A DNA stretch of 64,000 bases from Hyphomicrobiales bacterium. Lineage in GTDB: Bacteria; Pseudomonadota; Alphaproteobacteria; Rhizobiales; Hyphomicrobiaceae. Shown piece by piece: positions 24,706 through 34,355 of this stretch (positions within the stretch are counted from its first letter, which is position 1; each line of letters opens with the position of its first letter). The stretch is from the NCBI GenBank assembly GCA_031406575.1, contig JANOHP010000015.1, forward strand, positions 25,205 to 89,204. The letters run 5' to 3'. A model generated the notes under the pieces. It ran no database searches and was not told the origin of the DNA. It saw only the letters and a list, made by a program, of their open reading frames with translations. Made by a program: the position numbers and the translations under genes.

Positions 24706-26670
24706 TTACCCGGCCTTCTTCACCCGCATGTACCATTCGACGAGACGGCGGACCTGCCGCTTGGTGTAGCCGCGCGAGACCATGCGCTCGACGAAGTCCT
24801 GGTGCTTGCGTTCGGCGTTGCTGTCCTTTTTTGCTCCGAAGCTGATGACGGGTAGAAGATCCTCGACCTGGCTGAACATGCGCCGCTCGATGACGTCGCG
24901 GATCTTCTCGTAGCTCGTCCAATCGGGGTTCTTGCCACCGTTGCGCGCGCGCGCCCGCAGCGAGAACTTGACGACCTCGTAGCGGAAGTCCTTCGGATTG
25001 GCGATGCCGGCGGGCTTTTCGATCTTGGAGAGTTCCTGATCGAGCAGATCGCGACTCATGAGCTGGCCGGTGTCGGGATCCTTGTGGTCGTGATCTTCGA
25101 TCCAGGCATCGGCATAGGCCACGTAGCGATCGAAAAGGTTTTGCCCGTAATCGTTGTAGGACTCGAGGTAGGCCTTCTGGATTTCGTTGCCCACGAACTC
25201 GGCATAACGGGGCGCCAGCTCTTCCTTGATGAACTCGATGTAGCGGGTCTCTTGGTCTTCGGGCATCTGCTCGCGTTTGATCGCCTGTTCGAGCACGAAC
25301 ATCAGATGCACGGGGTCGGCGCCGATCTCGTGGCTGTCGTAATTGTAGGTCTCCGACAGGATCTTGTACGCAAAGCGTGTGGAGGCGCCGTCCATGCCTT
25401 CCGTTACGCCCGCTGCATCTTTGTATTCTTGCATGGTGCGGGCCTGGGGATCGGTATCCTTGAGGCTTTCACCGTCGTAGACGCGCATCTTGGAGTAGAG
25501 GGACGAATTCTCGTGCTCCTTGAGGCGCGACAAGACGGAAAAGTTCGCCAACATTTCGAGCGTGAATGGTGCGCAGGGCGAGCCCGACAGATCGCTCGAG
25601 CGAATGAGCTTGTCGTAAATCTTGCGCTCTTCCGTCACGCGCAGGCAGTAGGGCACCTTGATGACACAGATACGATCGAGGAATGCTTCGTTCGTGCGAT
25701 TGGCGCGGAAGCTCTGCCATTCGCTTTCATTGGAGTGAGCGACGATGATGCCCTGATAGGGCATGGCGCCGACATTTTCCGTGCCGACGTAGGTGCGGTC
25801 CTGCGTCGCCGTCAGCAGCGGATGCAGCATCTTCAGCGGCGCTTTGAACATTTCGACGAATTCCAGCAACCCTTGCGTCGTGCGGTTGAGACCGCCCGAG
25901 TAGGAGTACGCATCGGCGTCGTTCTGGCCGTAATGTTCGAGCTTGCGGATATCGACCTTGCCGACGAGGGCGGAAATGTCCTGGTTGTTCTCGTCACCGG
26001 GCTCCGTCTTTGCGATGCCGATCTGGCGCAGCTTGGACGGGTAGAGCTTGACGACGGTGAACTTCGAGATGTCGCCGCCGAATTCGTCCAAACGCTTGAC
26101 GGCCCACGGTGAAATGAAGCCGGTGAGCTTGGAGGCCGGAATGGCGTACTTTTCCTCGAGAGCCTTGCCCATGGTTTCGGGGTCGAACAGGCCGAGGGGG
26201 CTTTCGAAAATGGGGCTCGTCTCGTCACCGGCGCGCAGGACGTAGATGGGCAGCTTTTCCATCAAATCCTTGAGGCGTTCGGCCAGTGAGGATTTGCCGC
26301 CGCCAACAGGGCCGAGAAGGTAGAGGATCTGTTTGCGCTCTTCCAGCCCCTGAGCCGCATGCCGGAAGTAGCCGACAATGCGCTCGATGGTTTCTTCCAA
26401 GCCGAAGAAATCATGGAAGGCTGGATAGACTTTGATCGTGCGGTTCATGAAAATCCGCCCGAACCGCTGGTCGTCGGCCGTGTTGACGAGTTGTGGCTCG
26501 CCGATGGACGCGAGCATGCGTTCTGACGCCGTCGCGTACATCGTGGGATCTTTTTTGCACCCCTCGAGGTAATCGCGGATCGACATCACGACTTGCTTCT
26601 GCCGGTCGTATGCCTGAGTGTAGAGATCGAAAATCTCGCTGCGGGATGCCGTTGTGGTGGCCATGGTCAT
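24706..26670 (-). CDS. prkA: PrkA/YeaG family serine protein kinase
   Basis: 654 aa with Walker A LLGPVGGGKSSL and PrkA AAA plus C-terminal domains. Confidence 0.9.
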   Translation of the reverse strand: MTMATTTASRSEIFDLYTQAYDRQKQVVMSIRDYLEGCKKDPTMYATASERMLASIGEPQLVNTADDQRFGRIFMNRTIKVYPAFHDFFGLEETIERIVGYFRHAAQGLEERKQILYLLGPVGGGKSSLAERLKDLMEKLPIYVLRAGDETSPIFESPLGLFDPETMGKALEEKYAIPASKLTGFISPWAVKRLDEFGGDISKFTVVKLYPSKLRQIGIAKTEPGDENNQDISALVGKVDIRKLEHYGQNDADAYSYSGGLNRTTQGLLEFVEMFKAPLKMLHPLLTATQDRTYVGTENVGAMPYQGIIVAHSNESEWQSFRANRTNEAFLDRICVIKVPYCLRVTEERKIYDKLIRSSDLSGSPCAPFTLEMLANFSVLSRLKEHENSSLYSKMRVYDGESLKDTDPQARTMQEYKDAAGVTEGMDGASTRFAYKILSETYNYDSHEIGADPVHLMFVLEQAIKREQMPEDQETRYIEFIKEELAPRYAEFVGNEIQKAYLESYNDYGQNLFDRYVAYADAWIEDHDHKDPDTGQLMSRDLLDQELSKIEKPAGIANPKDFRYEVVKFSLRARARNGGKNPDWTSYEKIRDVIERRMFSQVEDLLPVISFGAKKDSNAERKHQDFVERMVSRGYTKRQVRRLVEWYMRVKKAG

Positions 26671-27120
26671 TGCCCTGCCGTGATGTTGTTTCGTGGGTCT
26701 TTACGCGCGCACGCCCCTCGTCCCTTTGAGTGGAAGCGGTGCGCAATCACTTCGAGTTCGCACTGACGCTGGTTCCATCACAACTCCTGAAACTGGCAAT
26801 TCCGATGGGTCTAGCGCGCACATTTGGTCGGAGCGCGGCGAATTCGAGATGCTTGCGTGGCGGACACGCCACACCGGACTGTCGCCGAGCGACGACACTG
26901 GGGAGGGCAGGTCTCTGTCGATCGGCACTTCGCCAGTACAGGGCGGTTACGCCGATCCGATCGGTGACGTGCAATGTGCTCATGCGCGAGGCCATTGGTC
27001 CTCCCTGCACTGAACTCTCAATCGATCCCAAGAGACCAAACTCCTCTCAACACACACACCGAGAGCGAATTTAATGGGTACAACAACGACGGGGATAAGT
27101 TTTTTCACTTGCAATTCGCG

Positions 27121-27147
27121 TTAACCCGTGAGGTGCGCTTCGGTTCC
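27121..27147 (-). promoter_or_regulatory. candidate EcfG-type (general stress response) promoter upstream of prkA
   Basis: The minus strand reads GGAACCGAAGCGCACCTCACGGGTTAA, i.e. GGAAC-N17-GTT. It lies ~450 nt upstream of the prkA start in a low-GC intergenic region. The match to GGAAC-N16/17-CGTT is imperfect. Confidence 0.25.
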
Positions 27148-27395
27148 ATGCTGCCCGATTCGCTGCGAAAAGCGTCATCAATTGTCGTTGTTCGATCGCT
27201 GATTATCGATACAGTTACAAGAAGGTGACAGATTGTGTGTTTTCAAGCGCCTTTGACGGGCAATCGTGCGAGTTGACCAAAATGTAATCTGCTCCGGCTG
27301 AATCTTCTGGCCCCCTCGGGGTGCGATCTTGTCCGGTGATCGTGACGAAGCTTCCGGGATTATCGACTTGCCGGCATCGAGTCACGTTTGCGTGA

Positions 27396-28457
27396 TCATC
27401 CGCGTGTGGTGAGTGTCTCCCAAAGGCGATTGCCACCGCGCGCCGCGAACAGGCGACCCAATTCACCTTGCCAATGAGCTTCGCCGCCGAACTCATTGCG
27501 CCACGCCCATAACCTGCGGGTCGAGAAATGCAGAGTGTGCTCGCGCGTAAAGCCCATGGCGCCGAAGACGGCATGGGCAATGTTGGCACCCTTGCCGGCC
27601 GCCTCTCCGACCCGGGCCTTGGCGACGGCGATGGTGAGGAAATCGGGTCCGTCGCCCGAGGCTTCGATGGCCTGATCGACGGCTGCGGTCGCGGCGGCTG
27701 TTTCGGAGGCGAGGATTGCCATTTGATGTTGAATTGCCTGGAATTTTCCGATCTGCCGGCCGAATTGAACGCGGTCATTCACCCATACGAGGCAGTGTTC
27801 GAGGGTGCGATCGAGGGCGCCGGCCATTTGCACGGCGCGCAACAAGGCTCCGGCCGCGAAGAGGTCGGTCTCGGCACCGGGAAGGTCCACGGCCGAGAGG
27901 ACCTTCTGTCCCGCGTGTGGGGGGGCGACGAGGAAGGTCTCGCGCAGCTCGCCCGCGATATTGCGCGTGAGCGTCACGGAGGCGGCGCCAACGTCGAGGA
28001 GGGCCAGTTGATCGTGGCGGCTTGCCCCGGCGCCAGCCAGCAGAACCGGACCATGGCCACCGCGCGCGACCGTGACGATCGAGCCGTCTTGACGGCTGGC
28101 CAGTCCGGCGAGGCGGATCGATTGCGTGGGTAGAGCGAGGCACAGCCCCATTGCGCCGTCCGGGAGTTCGAGGCCGGTCTGCGTGGCGAGCCAACGCCCG
28201 ATGATGGCCTCGCCGAGGGGCACGGGGATTGCGTGATAGGCCGCGCGACGCACCAGCGCCATGGCATCGGTGAACGACACGTCCGCATCGCCGCCCGTGC
28301 CGGCGATCGCGAGCAGGCCTGCCTCGTTCAGGGCCGACCAGAGGGGCGTCGAAACGGCATCGGTGCCGGCCTCGCCGGTTTCGCGGATGGCGGTGGTCAG
28401 GTTCTCCTCGACGATGCGGTCGAGCGTTCTCAGCATTTCCTCGCGCATATCACTCAT
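27396..28457 (-). CDS. acyl-CoA dehydrogenase family protein, short form (possible non-catalytic partner subunit)
   Basis: MSDMREEMLRTLDRIVEE... with an ACAD C-terminal domain (RVQFGRQIGKFQAIQHQMA). The ATG at 28457 overlaps the upstream gene's stop (ATGA). NEFGGEAHWQ occupies the place of the GGTxEI motif. Confidence 0.75.
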   Translation of the reverse strand: MSDMREEMLRTLDRIVEENLTTAIRETGEAGTDAVSTPLWSALNEAGLLAIAGTGGDADVSFTDAMALVRRAAYHAIPVPLGEAIIGRWLATQTGLELPDGAMGLCLALPTQSIRLAGLASRQDGSIVTVARGGHGPVLLAGAGASRHDQLALLDVGAASVTLTRNIAGELRETFLVAPPHAGQKVLSAVDLPGAETDLFAAGALLRAVQMAGALDRTLEHCLVWVNDRVQFGRQIGKFQAIQHQMAILASETAAATAAVDQAIEASGDGPDFLTIAVAKARVGEAAGKGANIAHAVFGAMGFTREHTLHFSTRRLWAWRNEFGGEAHWQGELGRLFAARGGNRLWETLTTRG

Positions 28458-29617
28458 CGCAGACCGAGCCCCCGTGCAATCATGCCGCGCAGAATTTCGC
28501 GGGTGCCGCCGCGCAACGAATAGGAGACGCACTGCATTTGCGACAGTCCTTGCAGGGTCGCGTAGTCGGCATCTGGCGCGCCGTGGGAGGCCGGCATATT
28601 CGGCATGACGGGGAGGACGCGGCGCACGACTTCGGGCGTCTCCTGTTCGAAGGTGGTGCCCAAATCTTTGACGACGGCGGCTTCGGTGACGGGGGAGTGG
28701 CCCGCTTGGAGAAGGCCGGCGATCGAGCTGGACATCCGCCGCAGTGTCGACAGGTGGGCGACGAGGCGGCCGAGTTCGACGGCCGTGTGCCGGTCGGGGT
28801 CGGGCCCCGCCTCGTTGAAGGCCTCCATCAACAGCGGGAACGACGACATGAAACGGTCGGGGCCGGAGCGCTCGAAGGCCAGCTCGCCCACGACCATTTC
28901 CCAGCCGCGCCCCTCGCCGCCGATGCTCATATCCTCGGGGACGAAGACATCGTCGAACGTCACCTCGTTGAAATCGTGGCCGCCATAGACGTTGTAAATC
29001 GGCCGGACCTCGATGCCGGGTGTTTTCATGTCGATGATCAACTGGGTGAGGCCGTGGTGGCGCTGTTCGGGCGTGCCCGAGGTGCGCACCAAGGCGATCA
29101 CGTAATGGGCGCGATGGGCGAAACTCGTCCACACCTTGCGCCCGGTGACGTGCCAGCCGCCGTCGACCTTGTGGGCGCGCGAGCGGACGCTGGCGAGGTC
29201 GGAGCCAGTGTCGGGCTCACTCATGCCGATGGCGAAATAACATTGTCCGGCGGCAATGCGGGGCAGGATCTCGCGTTTGGCGCGTTCGCTGCCGTGGCGC
29301 AGGATTTGCGGCCCCGATTGGCGCTCGGCGACCCAGTGGCACATGACGGGAGCGCCGGCCGCCAGCAGCTCCTCGACGACGACGTAGCGTTCCAGAGACG
29401 AGCGCTCCTGGCCGCCGTATTCCCTAGGCCAGGTCATGCCGAGCAGGCCACGGGCGCCGCACTTGGCGCTGAATGCCTCGTCGGCTTCGACCATGGCGCC
29501 GACTGCGGGCTTGAAGCCGCCATTTGCACGCTCTTCGGCGCAGAAAGCACGCACTGCTGTCCGCAGGCGGGCGGCTTCCGGCGGGAGCGTCACGGGTTCG
29601 AAGTTGAAATGGCTCAT
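28454..29617 (-). CDS. acyl-CoA dehydrogenase
   Basis: MSHFNFEPVTLPPEAARLRTAVRAF..., MSEPDTGSD, and C-terminal LRGGTREILRGMIARGLGL. Start at ATG 29617. Confidence 0.85.
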   Translation of the reverse strand: MSHFNFEPVTLPPEAARLRTAVRAFCAEERANGGFKPAVGAMVEADEAFSAKCGARGLLGMTWPREYGGQERSSLERYVVVEELLAAGAPVMCHWVAERQSGPQILRHGSERAKREILPRIAAGQCYFAIGMSEPDTGSDLASVRSRAHKVDGGWHVTGRKVWTSFAHRAHYVIALVRTSGTPEQRHHGLTQLIIDMKTPGIEVRPIYNVYGGHDFNEVTFDDVFVPEDMSIGGEGRGWEMVVGELAFERSGPDRFMSSFPLLMEAFNEAGPDPDRHTAVELGRLVAHLSTLRRMSSSIAGLLQAGHSPVTEAAVVKDLGTTFEQETPEVVRRVLPVMPNMPASHGAPDADYATLQGLSQMQCVSYSLRGGTREILRGMIARGLGLR

Positions 29618-29775
29618 CGGGGCAGCGAGTCCCTTCAGGTTGAGTGCTTGGCGGAGTATGACGGGACCACCCGGCGCGGCAAGTGGATTTCGAGGCACAC
29701 CGGCGGGAGACTTGTTCTTGCCGCGGCGGCCTGCTTACGCTGGGCGACCCTGCAACCCGAGGAGTGGACGGTCGC

Positions 29776-30489
29776 ATGACGTGGTCGATTATTGCGCGCG
29801 ACGAAAAGACAGGCCGAATTGGCATAGCGGTGGCGACGCGGGCGTTCGCCGTGGGCGCGCGGGTGCCGCACATCCGCACGGGCGTGGGCGCTGTGTGCAC
29901 GCAGGCGTTGACCAATCCCTATTGGGGACCGCGTGGTCTGGCGCTGCTGAGTGCTGGGGCGTCGGCGGAGGAGTGCGTGCGCATGTTGCGGGGCGCCGAC
30001 GAAGGGCGCGATCATCGCCAAGTGCATGTCATGGATCGCCAGGGGCGGTTCGCGGCCGGGACGGGGGCCGACTGCATCGACTGGTGCGGGCATCTCGTGC
30101 GCGAGCGGTTTTCCGTTGCCGGCAACATGCTGACGGGCCCCGACGTGATCGAGAAGACGGCCGAAGCGTTCGAAGCGACGGCTGACATGCCCTTTGCCCG
30201 GCGCTTGATCGGCGCGCTGACGGCGGGTGAGAAAGCCGGCGGCGACAAGCGCGGCAAGCAGTCGGCAGTCCTGCTGATTCACGGCGAGGATGAGTTCGCC
30301 GCGCTCGATCTACGGGTCGACGATCATACCGATCCACTCGCGGAATTGGCGCGCCTCGAAGCCGTCGCGCGCGAACGCTTCGTGCACATGCGCCGTTATG
30401 GGCCGTCGAAGGACGATCCGGTCGGTGTGCTGGATCGCGGTCTACTCGAAAAGGCCATGCTCCAGTCGATCGAAGACGGCTACGAATGA
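29776..30489 (+). CDS. DUF1028 family protein (Ntn-hydrolase-like)
   Basis: MTWSIIARDEKTGRIGIAVATRAFAVGARVPHIRTGVGAVCTQA. The T2 right after the Met fits an N-terminal nucleophile. Start at ATG 29776 with GGAGTGGA upstream. Confidence 0.65.
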   Translation: MTWSIIARDEKTGRIGIAVATRAFAVGARVPHIRTGVGAVCTQALTNPYWGPRGLALLSAGASAEECVRMLRGADEGRDHRQVHVMDRQGRFAAGTGADCIDWCGHLVRERFSVAGNMLTGPDVIEKTAEAFEATADMPFARRLIGALTAGEKAGGDKRGKQSAVLLIHGEDEFAALDLRVDDHTDPLAELARLEAVARERFVHMRRYGPSKDDPVGVLDRGLLEKAMLQSIEDGYE

Positions 30490-30523
30490 GTCGGGCCGGC
30501 CTGCGTGGGCGGAGGGGTAATCG

Positions 30524-32041
30524 ATGAACCATATCCTCGCCATCGACCAGGGGACGACATCGAGCCGGGCGCTGCTGTTCGATGCGGGGCTCGAGGTGGT
30601 TGGCGTCGGCCAGCAGGAATTCACGCAGCACTATCCGCAGCCCGGTTGGGTCGAGCACGATCCCGAGGATATCTGGCGCACGACGGTGGAGACGGCGCGG
30701 GCGGCGATTGCAACGGGCGGGGTGGCGCCTGCGTCCCTCGCCGGTATAGGCATCACCAATCAACGCGAGACCTGTGTGATCTGGGATCGACGTACGGGCG
30801 CGCCGATCCATCGCGCGATCGTGTGGCAGGATCGGCGCACGGCCGATATCTGCGCGCGCCTGAAAGCCGACGGCGTCGAGCCGATGGTGACGGCCAAGAC
30901 GGGGCTGCTGCTCGACCCCTATTTTTCAGGCACGAAGATCGGCTGGCTGCTGGACACGGTGCCGGGAGCACGGGCTGCGGCGGAGGCGGGACATCTGGCG
31001 TTCGGCACGATCGATACTTTTTTGCTGTGGCGGCTGACGGGTGGGCGTGTGCATGCGACGGACGCCACCAACGCCTCGCGCACGCTGCTTTACGATATCC
31101 GCGCCGGGCAATGGGACGACGACTTGGCTCGCCTGTTTCGCGTGCCGCGCGCGATGCTGCCCGACGTGCGCGACTGCGCGGCGGAATTCGGTGTGAGTGA
31201 TTCGGCCGTGCTCGGTGCGGCGATCCCGATCCGGGGTATGGCGGGTGATCAGCAGGCGGCGACGATCGGGCAGGCGTGCTTTGCGCCGGGCATGGTGAAA
31301 TCGACCTACGGCACGGGGTGCTTCGCGTTGCTGAATACGGGGACGGAGGCGATCCCCTCGCGCAATCGCTTGCTGACGACGGTGGCCTATCAACTGGGCG
31401 GCGAGCGGACGTATGCGCTCGAGGGTTCGATTTTCGTGGCGGGGGCGGCGGTGCAGTGGTTGCGCGACGGGCTCGGCGTGATCGGGTCATCGGCGGAGAG
31501 CACGGCTTTGGCGTCGGCGGCGGGATCGATTGCGCCGGAGGACGAGGCCGTGCTGGTGCCGGCTTTCGCCGGCCTGGGCGCGCCCTATTGGAATGCCAGT
31601 GCGCGCGGCGCGGTGTTCGGGCTGACCAGGGGAACAGGGCGGACCGAATTGGCGCGCGCCGCACTTCAGGCGGTGGCGTTCCAGACGCGGGACTTGCTGG
31701 AAGCCATGCGGCGGGACTGGTCGGGCGGTGCAGCAGGCGGCGCGCAAACCGTTCTGCGCGTCGACGGCGGCATGGCCACCAGCGATTGGACCATGCAATT
31801 CCTCGCCGACATCATCGGCGCGCCGGTCGACCGGCCAACGAATACGGAAACCACGGCGCTGGGCGCGGGCTGGCTCGCGGGGATGCAGGCGGGCGTGATG
31901 CCGGGGCTATCGGAGTTCGCCACCCGGTGGCGCCGCGAGAAACGGTTCGAACCGGTGATGGCTGACGCGGAACGCGCGCGTCGCTGCGCGCGCTGGCAGG
32001 CAGCGGTGGATGCAACGTTGGCGTTTGCGGGTGGGGGGTAG
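30524..32041 (+). CDS. glpK: glycerol kinase
   Basis: [20 protein letters not shown]...[14 protein letters not shown]...[15 protein letters not shown]. Confidence 0.92.
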   Translation: MNHILAIDQGTTSSRALLFDAGLEVVGVGQQEFTQHYPQPGWVEHDPEDIWRTTVETARAAIATGGVAPASLAGIGITNQRETCVIWDRRTGAPIHRAIVWQDRRTADICARLKADGVEPMVTAKTGLLLDPYFSGTKIGWLLDTVPGARAAAEAGHLAFGTIDTFLLWRLTGGRVHATDATNASRTLLYDIRAGQWDDDLARLFRVPRAMLPDVRDCAAEFGVSDSAVLGAAIPIRGMAGDQQAATIGQACFAPGMVKSTYGTGCFALLNTGTEAIPSRNRLLTTVAYQLGGERTYALEGSIFVAGAAVQWLRDGLGVIGSSAESTALASAAGSIAPEDEAVLVPAFAGLGAPYWNASARGAVFGLTRGTGRTELARAALQAVAFQTRDLLEAMRRDWSGGAAGGAQTVLRVDGGMATSDWTMQFLADIIGAPVDRPTNTETTALGAGWLAGMQAGVMPGLSEFATRWRREKRFEPVMADAERARRCARWQAAVDATLAFAGGG

Positions 32042-32046
32042 GCACC

Positions 32047-32907
32047 CTACCCCGCCCTCAACTCCAAAATCACCCCATTCGCCTCCGCCGGCGCGACCTT
32101 CACGGCTGTCGCGCTGGCCACGCACGCTTTCGATCCGATCGTGATGGCGGCCAGCGCGATGTCGGCGACGCTGAGCGCGAGGGAGACGCCGCCCTCTTCG
32201 GGGAGGCCGTCCAATGGAACGCCGGGATGGCGTTTCGCCAAGGTGGCGCGGTCGAGGAATACGAAATCGCCGCGCGTGGACCCCGTCTCGACGCGATAGG
32301 CGCCATCCGATTGTCGTTCGACGGGGCGATCGATCAGCCGTCCCATGTGGCCGGCGGCTTTGACGGGGTCCTTCGACAGCATCTCGACGCGGTCGATGCG
32401 GGTGGCGGTGTTGGCGTGCCGCGTCAGCTCGGGAATCCACACGTTCTCGCGCGTGAGATGTTGGCAGGTGAAGATGCGCAGGCCCCCGGGGCGCTCGTCG
32501 ACGGGCCACAGATAGGTGCGGAAGCGGGCTTCGGCCTTGCGTCCGTCGGGCAGGTCGACGGGGCGGCCGAAATCGTAGGGGCCCAGCGCCGCAAAACCAT
32601 GCGCCTTGAGCTCGGCGACGCCGTCGTCGGCATCGGTGCCCGTGAAGGCCGCGCGCTCGATGCCCTCGCCGCGTTTGGCCAGGAACTCGCGGCTCTGCAG
32701 ATTGCGCTCCGTTTCGGCAACGACGCCGATCAGCTCGATGTAGTCCTCACCCAGCATGATGGTGTGATTGGCCGTGCCCATCGCCGCCGTATGCAGGCCC
32801 TTGGGCGAAACCGTGAAGCCGAGCCCCTGCCAGCGCCGCGCCCCCTCGGACAAATCGCGCGTGAGGATGACGACGTGGTCGAGGCCGATGATCGAGCGCA
32901 TGGGCAT
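32047..32907 (-). CDS. VOC (glyoxalase/dioxygenase) family protein
   Basis: LDHVVILTRDLSEGARRWQGLGFTVSPKGLH...TANHTIMLGEDYIELIGV. Confidence 0.65.
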   Translation of the reverse strand: MPMRSIIGLDHVVILTRDLSEGARRWQGLGFTVSPKGLHTAAMGTANHTIMLGEDYIELIGVVAETERNLQSREFLAKRGEGIERAAFTGTDADDGVAELKAHGFAALGPYDFGRPVDLPDGRKAEARFRTYLWPVDERPGGLRIFTCQHLTRENVWIPELTRHANTATRIDRVEMLSKDPVKAAGHMGRLIDRPVERQSDGAYRVETGSTRGDFVFLDRATLAKRHPGVPLDGLPEEGGVSLALSVADIALAAITIGSKACVASATAVKVAPAEANGVILELRAG

Positions 32908-33054
32908 GGGACACCTCCGGGCCAGTGGGTCAATCAGCGTCGCGCGGGGGGCGGGGGGAAGTCAACGGTGGCGGTGAGCTCTGGCGCTGGGCCCGTATTC
33001 CCCGGTTGCAAGACAGCCATCACCGGAAACATCGGAAGGCATCGGCGCAGACGA

Positions 33055-34062
33055 TCAATTGCCGCTGAAGACTTTGACTTGCCAGCTGGAGCCGCCACCC
33101 GATCCCAGCGACCCGCTGGAGCGACGGGCTGTCGGTTGGCTGTCGCGGCTCGCATCACCGAATGCCGGTGTGCCCGCGGGCAACCGGGAGAAGCGATAGT
33201 CCGTTTCACCGTCATCGTCGGATCGGTCGCGAAACATGCGGCTTCCTGGACCGGGCGCCGCAATGCCCGCAGCCACCGCCTGCACATTGGCCACGCGGGT
33301 TTTTACCTTCGCGAGCCGCGCATCTTCCGCGACTTTGGTCCGCAGAGCGGCGAGCTCGGGAACGACCGTGGCGTCACCCTTCGCGCGGGCGGCCTCCAGA
33401 GCATACAGGCGATGGCGATCCGTGGACTGTTGCTCCCAGGGGGCCGCCGTACACTTGCAGCCCGCGTCGAACGTTGTTCTGAAGCGGAACGCGGTTTTCA
33501 AGTGCGCGTAGGGCAGCCCCGTCAAATCCTGCATGTCTCCAGTCGATTCCGTCGCGGCGGGGTGGGCGAAGAGGCGGACGGGCGTGCCGCCGCACATCTG
33601 CTCGCATTTGGCGAGATCATTGCGAAAATTCGACTGCGACGTGCGACTGCTGATCGGGAAAAAATAGCCGTCGCACAGGCGCACGCAGACCGTCTTATAC
33701 CCTCCGCCTTCGCCGAAACGGTCATCGCCGATGTTGCCGATCCTGGCCCCGACGATCTGGGTCGGGGCGATCATGTGACGTGTCGGTTGCGCAATCGAGA
33801 AATTGGTGTCGATCGTGCGGCTGGCGATATCCTCGCGGTTGGTGACGGAGGCCGCCGAGACATGCATTTCGACGCGCGAAAGGCCCTCGCTCCCCTGGCT
33901 GGGCAAATGCGCATCGACGACGCTGATCAACATGGACCCGACGGCAGCAAGCCCCCACGTCGTGACCGTCAAAATGACCGTCAGGGTGGCGACGTATATA
34001 GCGATGCGACGATCGCTCGATCGCGCCAGAGAATTCCAGACTGTCGACGCAAACAAACGCAT
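33055..34062 (-). CDS. DUF2865-like protein with N-terminal TM segment
   Basis: CVRLCDGYFFPISSRTSQSNFRNDLAKCEQMCGG...RLFAHP resembles the DUF2865 Cys pattern. The start is uncertain (ATG 34062 chosen; the ORF is open to 34233). Confidence 0.5.
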   Translation of the reverse strand: MRLFASTVWNSLARSSDRRIAIYVATLTVILTVTTWGLAAVGSMLISVVDAHLPSQGSEGLSRVEMHVSAASVTNREDIASRTIDTNFSIAQPTRHMIAPTQIVGARIGNIGDDRFGEGGGYKTVCVRLCDGYFFPISSRTSQSNFRNDLAKCEQMCGGTPVRLFAHPAATESTGDMQDLTGLPYAHLKTAFRFRTTFDAGCKCTAAPWEQQSTDRHRLYALEAARAKGDATVVPELAALRTKVAEDARLAKVKTRVANVQAVAAGIAAPGPGSRMFRDRSDDDGETDYRFSRLPAGTPAFGDASRDSQPTARRSSGSLGSGGGSSWQVKVFSGN

Positions 34063-34355
34063 TGATACGCTTTCGGGCTTCGGGGTCGTCCAACTGGCGG
34101 CGATACTGGGCCGGCCTCGTGGCGCGCCTGTGACGCTGGTTGGACAAACAACGTTTACGCTGCGCCTGCGTTCCGCTTCCGAGCTGGCTACGCTTGCGAA
34201 TGGCCGCTTCGGCATCGCAGGAAATGCTGCCAATCCGCGGGGAAGCGTGCAAGAATTACCCGCCGTGGTTAACGTCCGTCAGGCGGCATTAACCAAAGCG
34301 CCACGGCGACATGCGTGCAATGCGAGGCCACTGCGGCTTCAAGTGGGAGAGGACG

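Noticed and set aside
26693-27228. Several 75-114-aa ORFs in the prkA upstream region (26693..27013, 26730..27074, 26747..27031, 26974..27228)
   Set aside because: They mutually overlap on both strands and have no RBS, no recognisable motifs, and composition atypical for coding sequence in this genome. I treat the region as non-coding regulatory DNA.
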